From positions 64,001-128,000 of IMG/VR virus record IMGVR_UViG_3300022205_000001: 64,000 nucleotides of DNA; one strand, given 5' to 3'. Position 1 is the first letter of the stretch; the number at the start of each line of letters is the position of its first letter. This document shows positions 8,999-17,123 of this stretch, one piece after another. This DNA comes from a virus (taxonomy: Duplodnaviria; Heunggongvirae; Uroviricota; Caudoviricetes). The notes under the pieces were generated by a model. The model ran no database searches. It was not told where the DNA came from and saw nothing but the letters and a program-made list of their open reading frames with translations. The position numbers and the translations under genes are program-made.

Positions 8999-9571
8999 TC
9001 AAGCTGCCACACGTTCACAAATCCAACCTTTATGGTGGGGGAGTTTTCCTGAAGCTACCGCGGATAACTTTACTCTTAATAGATTGTTCTCTTTTGAAAA
9101 CTTAGAAAGATTTTTAATTATGAGTGTTTCTCCTACGGGAGATGTTAGTTTATATGTCATTGCCCTGTTAGTTTGTTTTTTGGCAGCCGCAGATAGTTTT
9201 TCTTTCCATTCTTCAGTGAAGGTTCTTCCCTTTAGGGAATCCGATATCTTCTTTCTTTCAGAATCTAACTGCATCCTTCTTCTATTGTTCATAATTACCT
9301 GTTCTGAGGCCGGAACTGAATATCCAGATTTTCCATAATTCCAAGGTTTTCTTCCTTTTGATTTATGTGACAGTAACAATCGTATCAATTCCGCTTTCGG
9401 GGCATAACCAGCTAATCCCTGCCATGCCACATAATCTTCTATTTTATTGTACGTTTCCCATAATATCTTATGGGCTCGCGCATGTTCCTCGACCGTTAAC
9501 GTCTGTATGTTAGAAGGATCATTATTTCCGCCCATATGTCTAGGAATAATGTGATGTTTGTGGATCACCAT
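8999..9571 (-). mobile_element. freestanding HNH homing endonuclease
   Basis: HKHHIIPRHMGG...NIQTLTVEEHARAH HNH core; NUMOD-like HxKISDSLKG-type repeats and a C-terminal YKLTSP...KGW tail; visibly more AT-rich than its neighbours. Confidence 0.85.
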
Positions 9572-9573
9572 GG

Positions 9574-10344
9574 TCAGTCTATATTTCCCGCTACATTCCA
9601 AAAAAGAACCTTTTCTGGTTTTGGATGAGTTTTATACCATTGGACCATTGGATGCCACCCTTTCGCATCATATGTTATTGCTGAATTGAATGGAGGTAAC
9701 TCTTCTTTTTTCACAGAACGATCAAACTTATAGGGAGAACGATGGAATATCGCGGTACCAATTTCCTGATGACTCATAGTATGCCCAACAGAAACTACAT
9801 GCACTCTCGCGTTTGGCCATGCTTTCTGTAATCCTCTAGATAGGGTGCCACTTGATCCTACTGACCACACATCATCAGGGGCAAAGGGAATTTGTTCATG
9901 ACACACTTTGACGATGCTATCTAATACAGTTGGATGCTCAAGTCCGATGGGTAGCACAAAACGATTTGTGGGGTCGGTTTCTGTATATTCTCGCGCTCTA
10001 GCCTTAGTGACATTTAACATTCCATTATCTATAAAATGGTAAATTGATCCGAGCTTCATGCCTTCTTTTTGAAACGGATGCAGCTTCGTCATGTCTCGTT
10101 TTGCCATAAACAAATGAACAGACTTTCCGTATCGCTTGGCAACGACCGGGAGACTGATTTGAGCGTAGCCTGTTGCGGGGCATGATCCGAAGACGATTTC
10201 TTTTTGAGGAATTGATTGGACCAGGAAGTCAACGAACCGCGCTTTGCTGCCGTATCCTAGCAGATCATCCCGAACGACCATGAATCCATCATGGTCTACA
10301 ATCTGAATAGGGGGATTGGGGTCTTTCCATTCATTAAAGTTCAT
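9574..10344 (-). CDS. PLP-dependent enzyme, fold type II (ACC deaminase/D-cysteine desulfhydrase/TrpB-like)
   Basis: VVRDDLLGYGSKAR (Schiff-base Lys), VGSSGTLSRG phosphate-binding loop, YDAK, C-terminal LFWNVA. Confidence 0.8.
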   Translation of the reverse strand: MNFNEWKDPNPPIQIVDHDGFMVVRDDLLGYGSKARFVDFLVQSIPQKEIVFGSCPATGYAQISLPVVAKRYGKSVHLFMAKRDMTKLHPFQKEGMKLGSIYHFIDNGMLNVTKARAREYTETDPTNRFVLPIGLEHPTVLDSIVKVCHEQIPFAPDDVWSVGSSGTLSRGLQKAWPNARVHVVSVGHTMSHQEIGTAIFHRSPYKFDRSVKKEELPPFNSAITYDAKGWHPMVQWYKTHPKPEKVLFWNVAGNID

Positions 10345-11471
10345 GATACAATCTTTTCGAGAAGTTTCGGGGTAACAATCACATCCACCACAAGATGGAT
10401 ACGCTCAATTGGAGCCCCATTGTAGACTTTATGAGGCATACGGGTATCAAGCATCCAACATTCCCCCACTTTCATATTCACATCTACACGCCGATCATTG
10501 GTGTTCCATGACGTGAAAATGACTTCAGGTGTCGTTGTAATAGGCCAGTGAAGACGAGCAATTTTCCCCAATCCATTTCCAGCATCAGGATCGACTTGAT
10601 CGGTATGTCGCTCAAGTTCCCCACCCCCAGGTGTCAGCTTCATGAAACGGATTCGGTGGATATCCCCATCGAGCCAGGCAATCAGTTCGTCCACTTCAGG
10701 GAAGAGTTTACGAAGTGGGGTGTCCTGCATAACGAAGACATCATCCTTATGTTCCTCTTTCCACTTGTCGCTCATTTCTATCGGCTTCGCAATGAAATGA
10801 GGATCGGCAGAATATCCTCGGAGTGAGAAAGCGGACCAGGACTTTTTGACATTGTATTTGGAGTAGTGATTCTCAAATGTATCCCCGAAGTCTTCCAATT
10901 TTTCACGAATGGAGTCAATGAGCTTCGTATCTACATCTGCTAACTTCTTAATGTTCACCAGGTCTTCGGATGGAACACCTAGTATCGCTCGTTTGTCGAA
11001 GTTGTATTTGTTGTCACGAAACCAAATAGAAAACACTTCCCCAAACGAGGTGATCTTGGAACACACATAACGAAATCCTGCTTCTTGGGCAAGTTGATGT
11101 TGTTCCATATCTGCTGCCCAGGTGTGTAGCCAAACATTCTCATTGTGGTAAGAATTGAGGAAGGTGAGTAAGGCAACATAGTCGCCGCAAAGATGCTTGA
11201 TGGTAAGATCCCCTGGTAACTTGATCGTCACCAGGGGTCCGTTGGAATACATGGATACCGGTGTGCGGACTTTGGACCGGGTTACTACCCCCATTGCTTC
11301 ACCATGGAGGTAGGATACCGTTTTCAACTGTTGTTTGTGTAGCGCCTCCGCAATGTTATTCTTTTTGAACTGGGCAAAGGGAGACGCTGCACGGTTATTG
11401 TACGGCTTATATTTCGCTTCAATCGATTTCAAGAAACTAATGTCGTATCCATGCTGCCATGATTTCATCAT
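10341..11471 (-). CDS. fusion of a GNAT-like N-terminal domain and an Asp/Asn beta-hydroxylase-type 2OG-Fe(II) oxygenase
   Basis: C-terminal half: LERHTD (HxD), ARLHWPITT, GECWMLDTRMPHKVYNG (distal His), RIHLVVDV. N-terminal half ends VWLHTW...AQEAGFRYV, resembling GNAT motif B; that call is less certain. Confidence 0.7.
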   Translation of the reverse strand: MMKSWQHGYDISFLKSIEAKYKPYNNRAASPFAQFKKNNIAEALHKQQLKTVSYLHGEAMGVVTRSKVRTPVSMYSNGPLVTIKLPGDLTIKHLCGDYVALLTFLNSYHNENVWLHTWAADMEQHQLAQEAGFRYVCSKITSFGEVFSIWFRDNKYNFDKRAILGVPSEDLVNIKKLADVDTKLIDSIREKLEDFGDTFENHYSKYNVKKSWSAFSLRGYSADPHFIAKPIEMSDKWKEEHKDDVFVMQDTPLRKLFPEVDELIAWLDGDIHRIRFMKLTPGGGELERHTDQVDPDAGNGLGKIARLHWPITTTPEVIFTSWNTNDRRVDVNMKVGECWMLDTRMPHKVYNGAPIERIHLVVDVIVTPKLLEKIVS

Positions 11472-11477
11472 ATACCT

Positions 11478-12116
11478 CTATGTTGTCGGCTGCTCCTCTT
11501 TCTGTTGGACAGTTTCCTGAACATTCATACAACTGATTACCCCGGCGCGGTATGAAGTCAATGTATTAGTGACACAGGCATATGCATGAAGAGTGCCCTG
11601 CTTATCAGCCGTCCACTGAAGAGTATTAGTTGCGGCGAATCCATATAAACCGCCGGTCTGAAATGCATCAATGTTTGCCCCCAAGAACACAAACTGCCAC
11701 TTGTATGTGGTTTCTTGAGTTTTCACTCGTGATTTCACATCTTCAAGAGTATATGTGCGGGAGGAGTTTTCAAATCCGTCAGTGACCACAACTACCACAA
11801 CCTTATCAGGACGTTGAGACTCAGATAACCCAGCAAGCCAACGACCTTCTCCGTCAATTGCCTGGCAGATGGCATCATGGAGTGCAGTGCCCCCTCGTGG
11901 GGTGTAATTGATCTTGTTCAACGGTTCAAATGTTAGTCTATCATGAAATCCACCAACAAACGTAGAGAACTTATACACTGCTGTCGTAAAGTCTCCTGGT
12001 TGGAGTTTTTGTTGACGGACCAATTCGTTGACGCCTTCAATCGTTTGATCCCAAATCGAGCCCATAGAACCTGATTCATCGAGAATCAAGATGAAATGTG
12101 TGTAGTCTTTCTTCAT
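11478..12116 (-). CDS. stand-alone vWA domain protein
   Basis: ILILDESGSM, GGTALHDAI and VVVVTDGFENSS MIDAS motifs. Confidence 0.88.
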   Translation of the reverse strand: MKKDYTHFILILDESGSMGSIWDQTIEGVNELVRQQKLQPGDFTTAVYKFSTFVGGFHDRLTFEPLNKINYTPRGGTALHDAICQAIDGEGRWLAGLSESQRPDKVVVVVVTDGFENSSRTYTLEDVKSRVKTQETTYKWQFVFLGANIDAFQTGGLYGFAATNTLQWTADKQGTLHAYACVTNTLTSYRAGVISCMNVQETVQQKEEQPTT

Positions 12117-12712
12117 GTGCGACCTCCCAATTTACGCTTGAATTCCATGATACGTTCAATCTTCTTAAACATCTTCTGGCGCTTCTTCTTTGCCATCTGA
12201 AGGGTGAGACTCCCCACTTTACTAGTGAACACTTTCCCTTCTAGATGATCATATTCATGCTGGAATACCCGCGCCGTGGCACCAGTGTAAACTTCTTCCT
12301 TTCTTTCTCCAGTGAGGGTATAATATTCGACCTTGATGGTTTTCGGTCTGGTGACAGGTAATACTAACCCAGGGTATGTCAAGCATCCCTCTTTGTCCCG
12401 TACCACTTCCTCTGAGGTTTCGAGGATCTTTGGATTGATTACCACAATACCTCCAACCATCACGAACATTCGACACAAGACCCCACATTGATTGGCGGCG
12501 AGTCCTGCGCCTCCATATTTGTTCATTGTTGCAATGAGACGTTCAGCCAATTCCTCTAAATCCTTCGGAGGAGCCGTGAAGTCCACGTCCTTTGTCGCTT
12601 TGTGCAAAAAGGGATTACTATCATTATACAACGGCAGCAATTCAGCCGTTTTCTTGATGATTTTCGGTGCGGCATCTGTGTTGTATGTGAAAACTGGCGG
12701 CGTGGTTTCCAT
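12113..12712 (-). CDS. def: peptide deformylase
   Basis: GLAANQCG, EGCLT and HEYDH, the three PDF signature motifs. Confidence 0.95.
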   Translation of the reverse strand: METTPPVFTYNTDAAPKIIKKTAELLPLYNDSNPFLHKATKDVDFTAPPKDLEELAERLIATMNKYGGAGLAANQCGVLCRMFVMVGGIVVINPKILETSEEVVRDKEGCLTYPGLVLPVTRPKTIKVEYYTLTGERKEEVYTGATARVFQHEYDHLEGKVFTSKVGSLTLQMAKKKRQKMFKKIERIMEFKRKLGGRT

Positions 12713-12722
12713 GATCACCTCA

Positions 12723-14435
12723 TTATATTACAATACGTGAAAAGTTTTGTTGTTTCGTAAACTTCACTACATGACCAAATTTATCCTGAAGAATATCCCC
12801 GCGGTGTGAGATTACAAATACATTCGTTCCATCCAAGTGGTGAAGGATTTTCATAAGTTCTTCCGCACCCGTGTTGTCGAGTGACGAGTCAAACACTTCA
12901 TCCAAAATGAGCAGATTCGTATTTGCTGAGTTCTTCAGTTTTGCAACGGCTCTCCATGTCAACATAAGTGCCATGTCAATTCGTTGCTTTTCTCCTTCAG
13001 AGAATGATGCATAGGAGAAATCATCACGATACCGTGACTTGATCGTTTCTTTGAACGCTTCATCTAGATTGAAGTTCACGAAGAAATCCATTGAAGCGAG
13101 GTATTTATTCACCATCATATTGATGATTGGCAGGTATTGTCGGATGATCTTTGTCTTGATCCCCGTATCTTTCAGAAGTGCGCCTGCGGCGTCATAATAT
13201 GCAATCTGCTCAATGATCTTACGTTTAGCTTCTTCAAGAGCGTCCAATTCTTTCTTATGTTCTTCAAGTCTTTCCTGCTCTCGCCCAGTAGAATCGTGCT
13301 TCGTTTCCAATGAAGCAATTTTCTCCTCTAGTTTCTGGATGAATTTTGCAATTTGCGCCATAGAGGTTGAAAACTCTGCCAGGCGAACGGAATGTGTGGC
13401 AATGGTCTGTTCAATCCCCCGAATCTCCGCAATCCTCTCCTGATACGACTTGAATTTTTCTTCCAATTGAGTTAGACCCCCTTCACACTCTCCAATTTTT
13501 GAAGACAAGGAAGTCAACTGATCTGTCTTGAACGCTTCATTGATTTCCTGAATACAGGTCGGACAGGTCGTTTCTGTCTCGTAGAACTTTTTGGTCTTCT
13601 TGTGCTTCCCAAGATTCTGTTCAATTTGGGCTTCCAATTGAGTCATTTTCTTGAGTGTCTTTTCAATCTTATCCTTGTCACTGATCTTTGCTTTAAGATC
13701 GCTGACTGTTCGTTTCATGATAGCGGTTTCAGCATTCAACCGAGAAATCTCTTCCTGGTGTGTGTTGATTTCTTGAGTATATTCCTTCTTCAGATTTTCA
13801 GCATCCTGTTGGGCTTCGTTCATGTATCGGGTTTGCATCGCAATTTTCTCTTGCGCCCCATTGATCAATACCGTGTTCTCACCCTTTTGCTGCTGAAGAA
13901 GAGAAATCTTCGTCTTGACCAACCCATTCATGAGTGAGAAAATCTGAATGTCGAGTAAGTCTTCGATGATTGCCCGTCTATCAGAAGATGATAGCTGCAT
14001 AAACGGGGTAAAGGATGCAGAACCAAGAATGACAATCTGTGTAAAGGATTTGAAGTTCAACTTTAGAATAAACTTCTCTAGATGTTCCTGATAGTCTTTC
14101 GATTCAGCATTCTGGTTCAACAATGTTCCATCACGATAGATCTCAAAGATATTGGGCTTGATGCCACGAATAATCTTGAATGAGTGATTCTCAGTGCGGA
14201 ATTCGACCTCAACCAAAGTTTCCTTCTGATTGATCGAATTGATCAATGAGGCTTTGTTGATGTTCCTGAATGGACGGTTGTACAAGGCAAAACATAATGC
14301 ATCCAACATGGTCGATTTCCCTGACCCGTTTTCTCCGACAACCAATGTATTCTGGTTACGGTCCAGGGAGATTTCTAACCAATAGTTACCTGTTGAAAGA
14401 AAATTCTTCCAACGGAGGGTTGTGAAGTGTAGCAT
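12723..14435 (-). CDS. gp46: recombination endonuclease ATPase subunit (Rad50/SbcC-like)
   Basis: GENGSGKS, CPTC zinc hook within coiled coil, FSEGEKQRID signature, LLILDEVFD. Confidence 0.97.
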   Translation of the reverse strand: MLHFTTLRWKNFLSTGNYWLEISLDRNQNTLVVGENGSGKSTMLDALCFALYNRPFRNINKASLINSINQKETLVEVEFRTENHSFKIIRGIKPNIFEIYRDGTLLNQNAESKDYQEHLEKFILKLNFKSFTQIVILGSASFTPFMQLSSSDRRAIIEDLLDIQIFSLMNGLVKTKISLLQQQKGENTVLINGAQEKIAMQTRYMNEAQQDAENLKKEYTQEINTHQEEISRLNAETAIMKRTVSDLKAKISDKDKIEKTLKKMTQLEAQIEQNLGKHKKTKKFYETETTCPTCIQEINEAFKTDQLTSLSSKIGECEGGLTQLEEKFKSYQERIAEIRGIEQTIATHSVRLAEFSTSMAQIAKFIQKLEEKIASLETKHDSTGREQERLEEHKKELDALEEAKRKIIEQIAYYDAAGALLKDTGIKTKIIRQYLPIINMMVNKYLASMDFFVNFNLDEAFKETIKSRYRDDFSYASFSEGEKQRIDMALMLTWRAVAKLKNSANTNLLILDEVFDSSLDNTGAEELMKILHHLDGTNVFVISHRGDILQDKFGHVVKFTKQQNFSRIVI

Positions 14436-15508
14436 TATTGTGCCGCCATTTCATTCATCGCTTCAGTGTACAAATCCTGAAGCATTGATTTGAGTTTATC
14501 TGCATCCACGTTGCCTGGTAACTGCATCGCATCGACACACTTACGGATGATCGTCACGGTGTCTTCTGCTTGGTTGATTGTTGTAATCGAGTCTAGCTTA
14601 TTTTCAGTGTAATCCTCAACAATCGTCACATCCAATGGTCCGATCTTGTATAATCGATCCATTACGGTATCAAAGAGATACGGATTCTGTTTTCTGATCA
14701 CTACCACTTTGACATACGAATTCACATAGGGAACGAAATCCTGGTTCTTCCAGAATTCGTAGTTTTGGATACTATCATCATAGTCGAGCTTATAGAATAG
14801 TCTATACGGATTTTCGATAAAAGTCAACTGTTTTGTTTCGGTATCGAAAATATGAAATCCCCGTTGATCTTTATAATCTGCCCAAGTGATTTCGTACTGA
14901 TTGCCAAGATAGTAGATTACTCCATCACTTGATTTGTGATGGAAGTGACCACTAAGGACCAGATCGAATCGATCAAAAATAGATCGTGGGTGACCATCCA
15001 TACAAACATTACCCCGATCCATTTCAAATCCAGCAATTTCAAGGTGTCCGAACACTGTGAGGGCAGGAGTGTCCTTCAAAAACTGTATGGTGGAATCATA
15101 GTTGCCGCTGTTGATCCAGGGTACAAGTGCTACGTCTAACCCTCCATAGTTGACGGTTTCTGCTTCCTGGAAAATGCGAATATTTGGGTATCTGCCTAAC
15201 AGTTCACTCAATGCGTTGACTTTATTTGTGTTGCGGTAATAAACATCGTGATTACCACACAACATGTCAACCGGCATACCCATCATATCCAATTTGTCGA
15301 AAAAGTCTGTTTGCCACTTATGCCAGATGGCAAAGTTGATGAATTTCCGACGATCAACAACATCCCCTAGGTGGACGATTTTGTCTACACGGTGCTTTTC
15401 AAGTGCAGGAAAGAAGATATTGTCCCAAAACCGAAAAAAGAAATCGTTGATTTGGGGATTGTCACCGCGGGCCCCGGCATGAGTATCAGAAATAAGAGCT
15501 AACCTCAT
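14435..15508 (-). CDS. gp47: recombination endonuclease nuclease subunit (Mre11/SbcD-like)
   Basis: DTH, HLGDVVD, GNHD, GHLE and SGHFH phosphoesterase motifs. Confidence 0.97.
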   Translation of the reverse strand: MRLALISDTHAGARGDNPQINDFFFRFWDNIFFPALEKHRVDKIVHLGDVVDRRKFINFAIWHKWQTDFFDKLDMMGMPVDMLCGNHDVYYRNTNKVNALSELLGRYPNIRIFQEAETVNYGGLDVALVPWINSGNYDSTIQFLKDTPALTVFGHLEIAGFEMDRGNVCMDGHPRSIFDRFDLVLSGHFHHKSSDGVIYYLGNQYEITWADYKDQRGFHIFDTETKQLTFIENPYRLFYKLDYDDSIQNYEFWKNQDFVPYVNSYVKVVVIRKQNPYLFDTVMDRLYKIGPLDVTIVEDYTENKLDSITTINQAEDTVTIIRKCVDAMQLPGNVDADKLKSMLQDLYTEAMNEMAAQ

Positions 15509-16020
15509 AATCTGCTGCCTTTCTGTCTATTTTCTCTTTGAGTAATAATCTGTAAGTTATCTTGATGGTGTAATCCTCCATGAACTATGGGGATTTTGTG
15601 ATCTACTTCATATGGGATTCCTGTCAGTTGAGTTAATTTTCTTGCCTCTTCATAAATCGATAGAATTATGATATTGTTGGCACCTGATGGTGTTTGATTT
15701 TTGATTTTGCTTCTTCTTCCGCTTTGGTATGCAGCTTGATATACTTCAACTCGTTTTCTCTGCATCGCTACCTTTTCTGGATTGTTTTTTCTCCAACGAG
15801 AAAGACGATTCTTTGATTTTTCTGGTGTATGATACTTATTGATGGTCCCATCATACAGATTGCGTTTACTTCTTTCAATGTGACACTTAACGCAACCAGA
15901 ATAAGTTACTGATTTGATTGTTGACCCGCAATTCCTACATGGGACACCATTATAAGTCTTATCTCCCTGCATCTTAGCAATGAGTTTATCCTTATGTGAG
16001 GGAGAATATTGATTAGGCAT
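15505..16020 (-). mobile_element. freestanding HNH homing endonuclease
   Basis: N-terminal CxxC...CxxC; C-terminal YEVDHKIPIVHGGLHHQDNLQIITQRENRQKG; AT-rich. Confidence 0.85.
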
Positions 16021-16580
16021 TACTTGTCACCTACGAACCGAAGGATGCTGCTTGCTGAGAGTCTTGTCTTTCGTTTGGCGTTCCCGATCTTATTCTTTTG
16101 CTGTTTACTATTCTCAAATGTGCGGATGAATTCCTCGATGTTCTCGTAGACTTTGAATTGGTGTTCCTCTTGACCAATTTCCGCTGCACTTTGATTGACC
16201 TCTTGGAGGAGTCCTAGTTGCTCCGTTGCTTTATACTTAGCGTAGAGTTGTTTCTTTTCAGTTCCAATTCGTCGCAAGAATGCAAAGTAGATGATCTGTG
16301 TAAAATACGCAAATGGGTTTTTTGATTTTGCTGGGTTGAAGTTATCAACCGAACGGAGGCAGTTTTCTACTGCATCAGAAACCATGTCTTCTCGAAATGT
16401 GTAACTCGCAAAATTGGGCTTTCGTGCCAAGTTTTCGGCAATCTTCAAAAAACAACTTCCGATATAATCATCGACAATGGGAACGGGGGCACGTTTCTTT
16501 TTAGATTGACGCACGAGTTCTTTGTACCCTATGAGGGCATTGAGAAATTCCTCGTTGTTGACATAATGATCTTGTGCCAT
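16020..16580 (-). CDS. gp55: late-transcription sigma factor
   Basis: HYVNNEEF, IGSCFLKIAENLARKPNFASYTFREDMVSD, NPFAYFTQIIYFAFLRRI. Confidence 0.96.
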   Translation of the reverse strand: MAQDHYVNNEEFLNALIGYKELVRQSKKKRAPVPIVDDYIGSCFLKIAENLARKPNFASYTFREDMVSDAVENCLRSVDNFNPAKSKNPFAYFTQIIYFAFLRRIGTEKKQLYAKYKATEQLGLLQEVNQSAAEIGQEEHQFKVYENIEEFIRTFENSKQQKNKIGNAKRKTRLSASSILRFVGDK

Positions 16581-16588
16581 AGTCCTCC

Positions 16589-17074
16589 TTAATTAGTCAC
16601 GGTAGGGTCGCCCCATTCATTATGAATGTCATCGAATAGTTCGACCAGTGCGTCTGTTAGCTGAGAGTCTAACGAACGCGGTGATTTCTGTTGGTGTTCT
16701 TTTGATGCTTGGATTCTTTTGTTGTATGATTTCTCAATCTCTTGCACTTGTTTATCGAAGATTTTTGAGAATGCCTCTTGTTTCTCAACTTCTCCCGCTG
16801 CCCAACTAGTATAGAACTTTTGCATGGCATCAGAAATCTGTATTTCTGCTAGGATATTCTTGGTATCCAACAGTACCGCAATACCATTCATAAGTTCAAA
16901 TGGCACCCATGGTTCCAACATAAACCCCAAGGGTCCATGATTTGATCGTTGATGGAAAAGACGAGCGGGCAAGAGAACTACCAGGTGACTGTTATGAATG
17001 ACGCCGTTTGTTCTGACAATCACAATATCATTTGTGGTCAACAAATATGTTCTAATTGTTTCCTTGTCGGACAT
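16589..17074 (-). CDS. hypothetical protein between uvsW and gp55
   Basis: 161-aa ORF with GGAGG RBS and its own sigma70 promoter. Confidence 0.75.
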   Translation of the reverse strand: MSDKETIRTYLLTTNDIVIVRTNGVIHNSHLVVLLPARLFHQRSNHGPLGFMLEPWVPFELMNGIAVLLDTKNILAEIQISDAMQKFYTSWAAGEVEKQEAFSKIFDKQVQEIEKSYNKRIQASKEHQQKSPRSLDSQLTDALVELFDDIHNEWGDPTVTN

Positions 17075-17094
17075 ACTGTACCTCCATATCTTGT

Positions 17095-17123
17095 ATTATA
17101 CACGAGCCACTACCCCAAGTCAA
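17095..17123 (-). promoter_or_regulatory. sigma70-type promoter
   Basis: TTGACT (17123-17118), 17 bp, TATAAT (17100-17095); overlaps the end of uvsW. Confidence 0.75.

Noticed and set aside
8949-9573. Self-splicing intron joining the PLP and MTase genes
   Set aside because: Both flanking ORFs are complete with their own stop or start/RBS, and there is too little non-coding sequence for an intron core.
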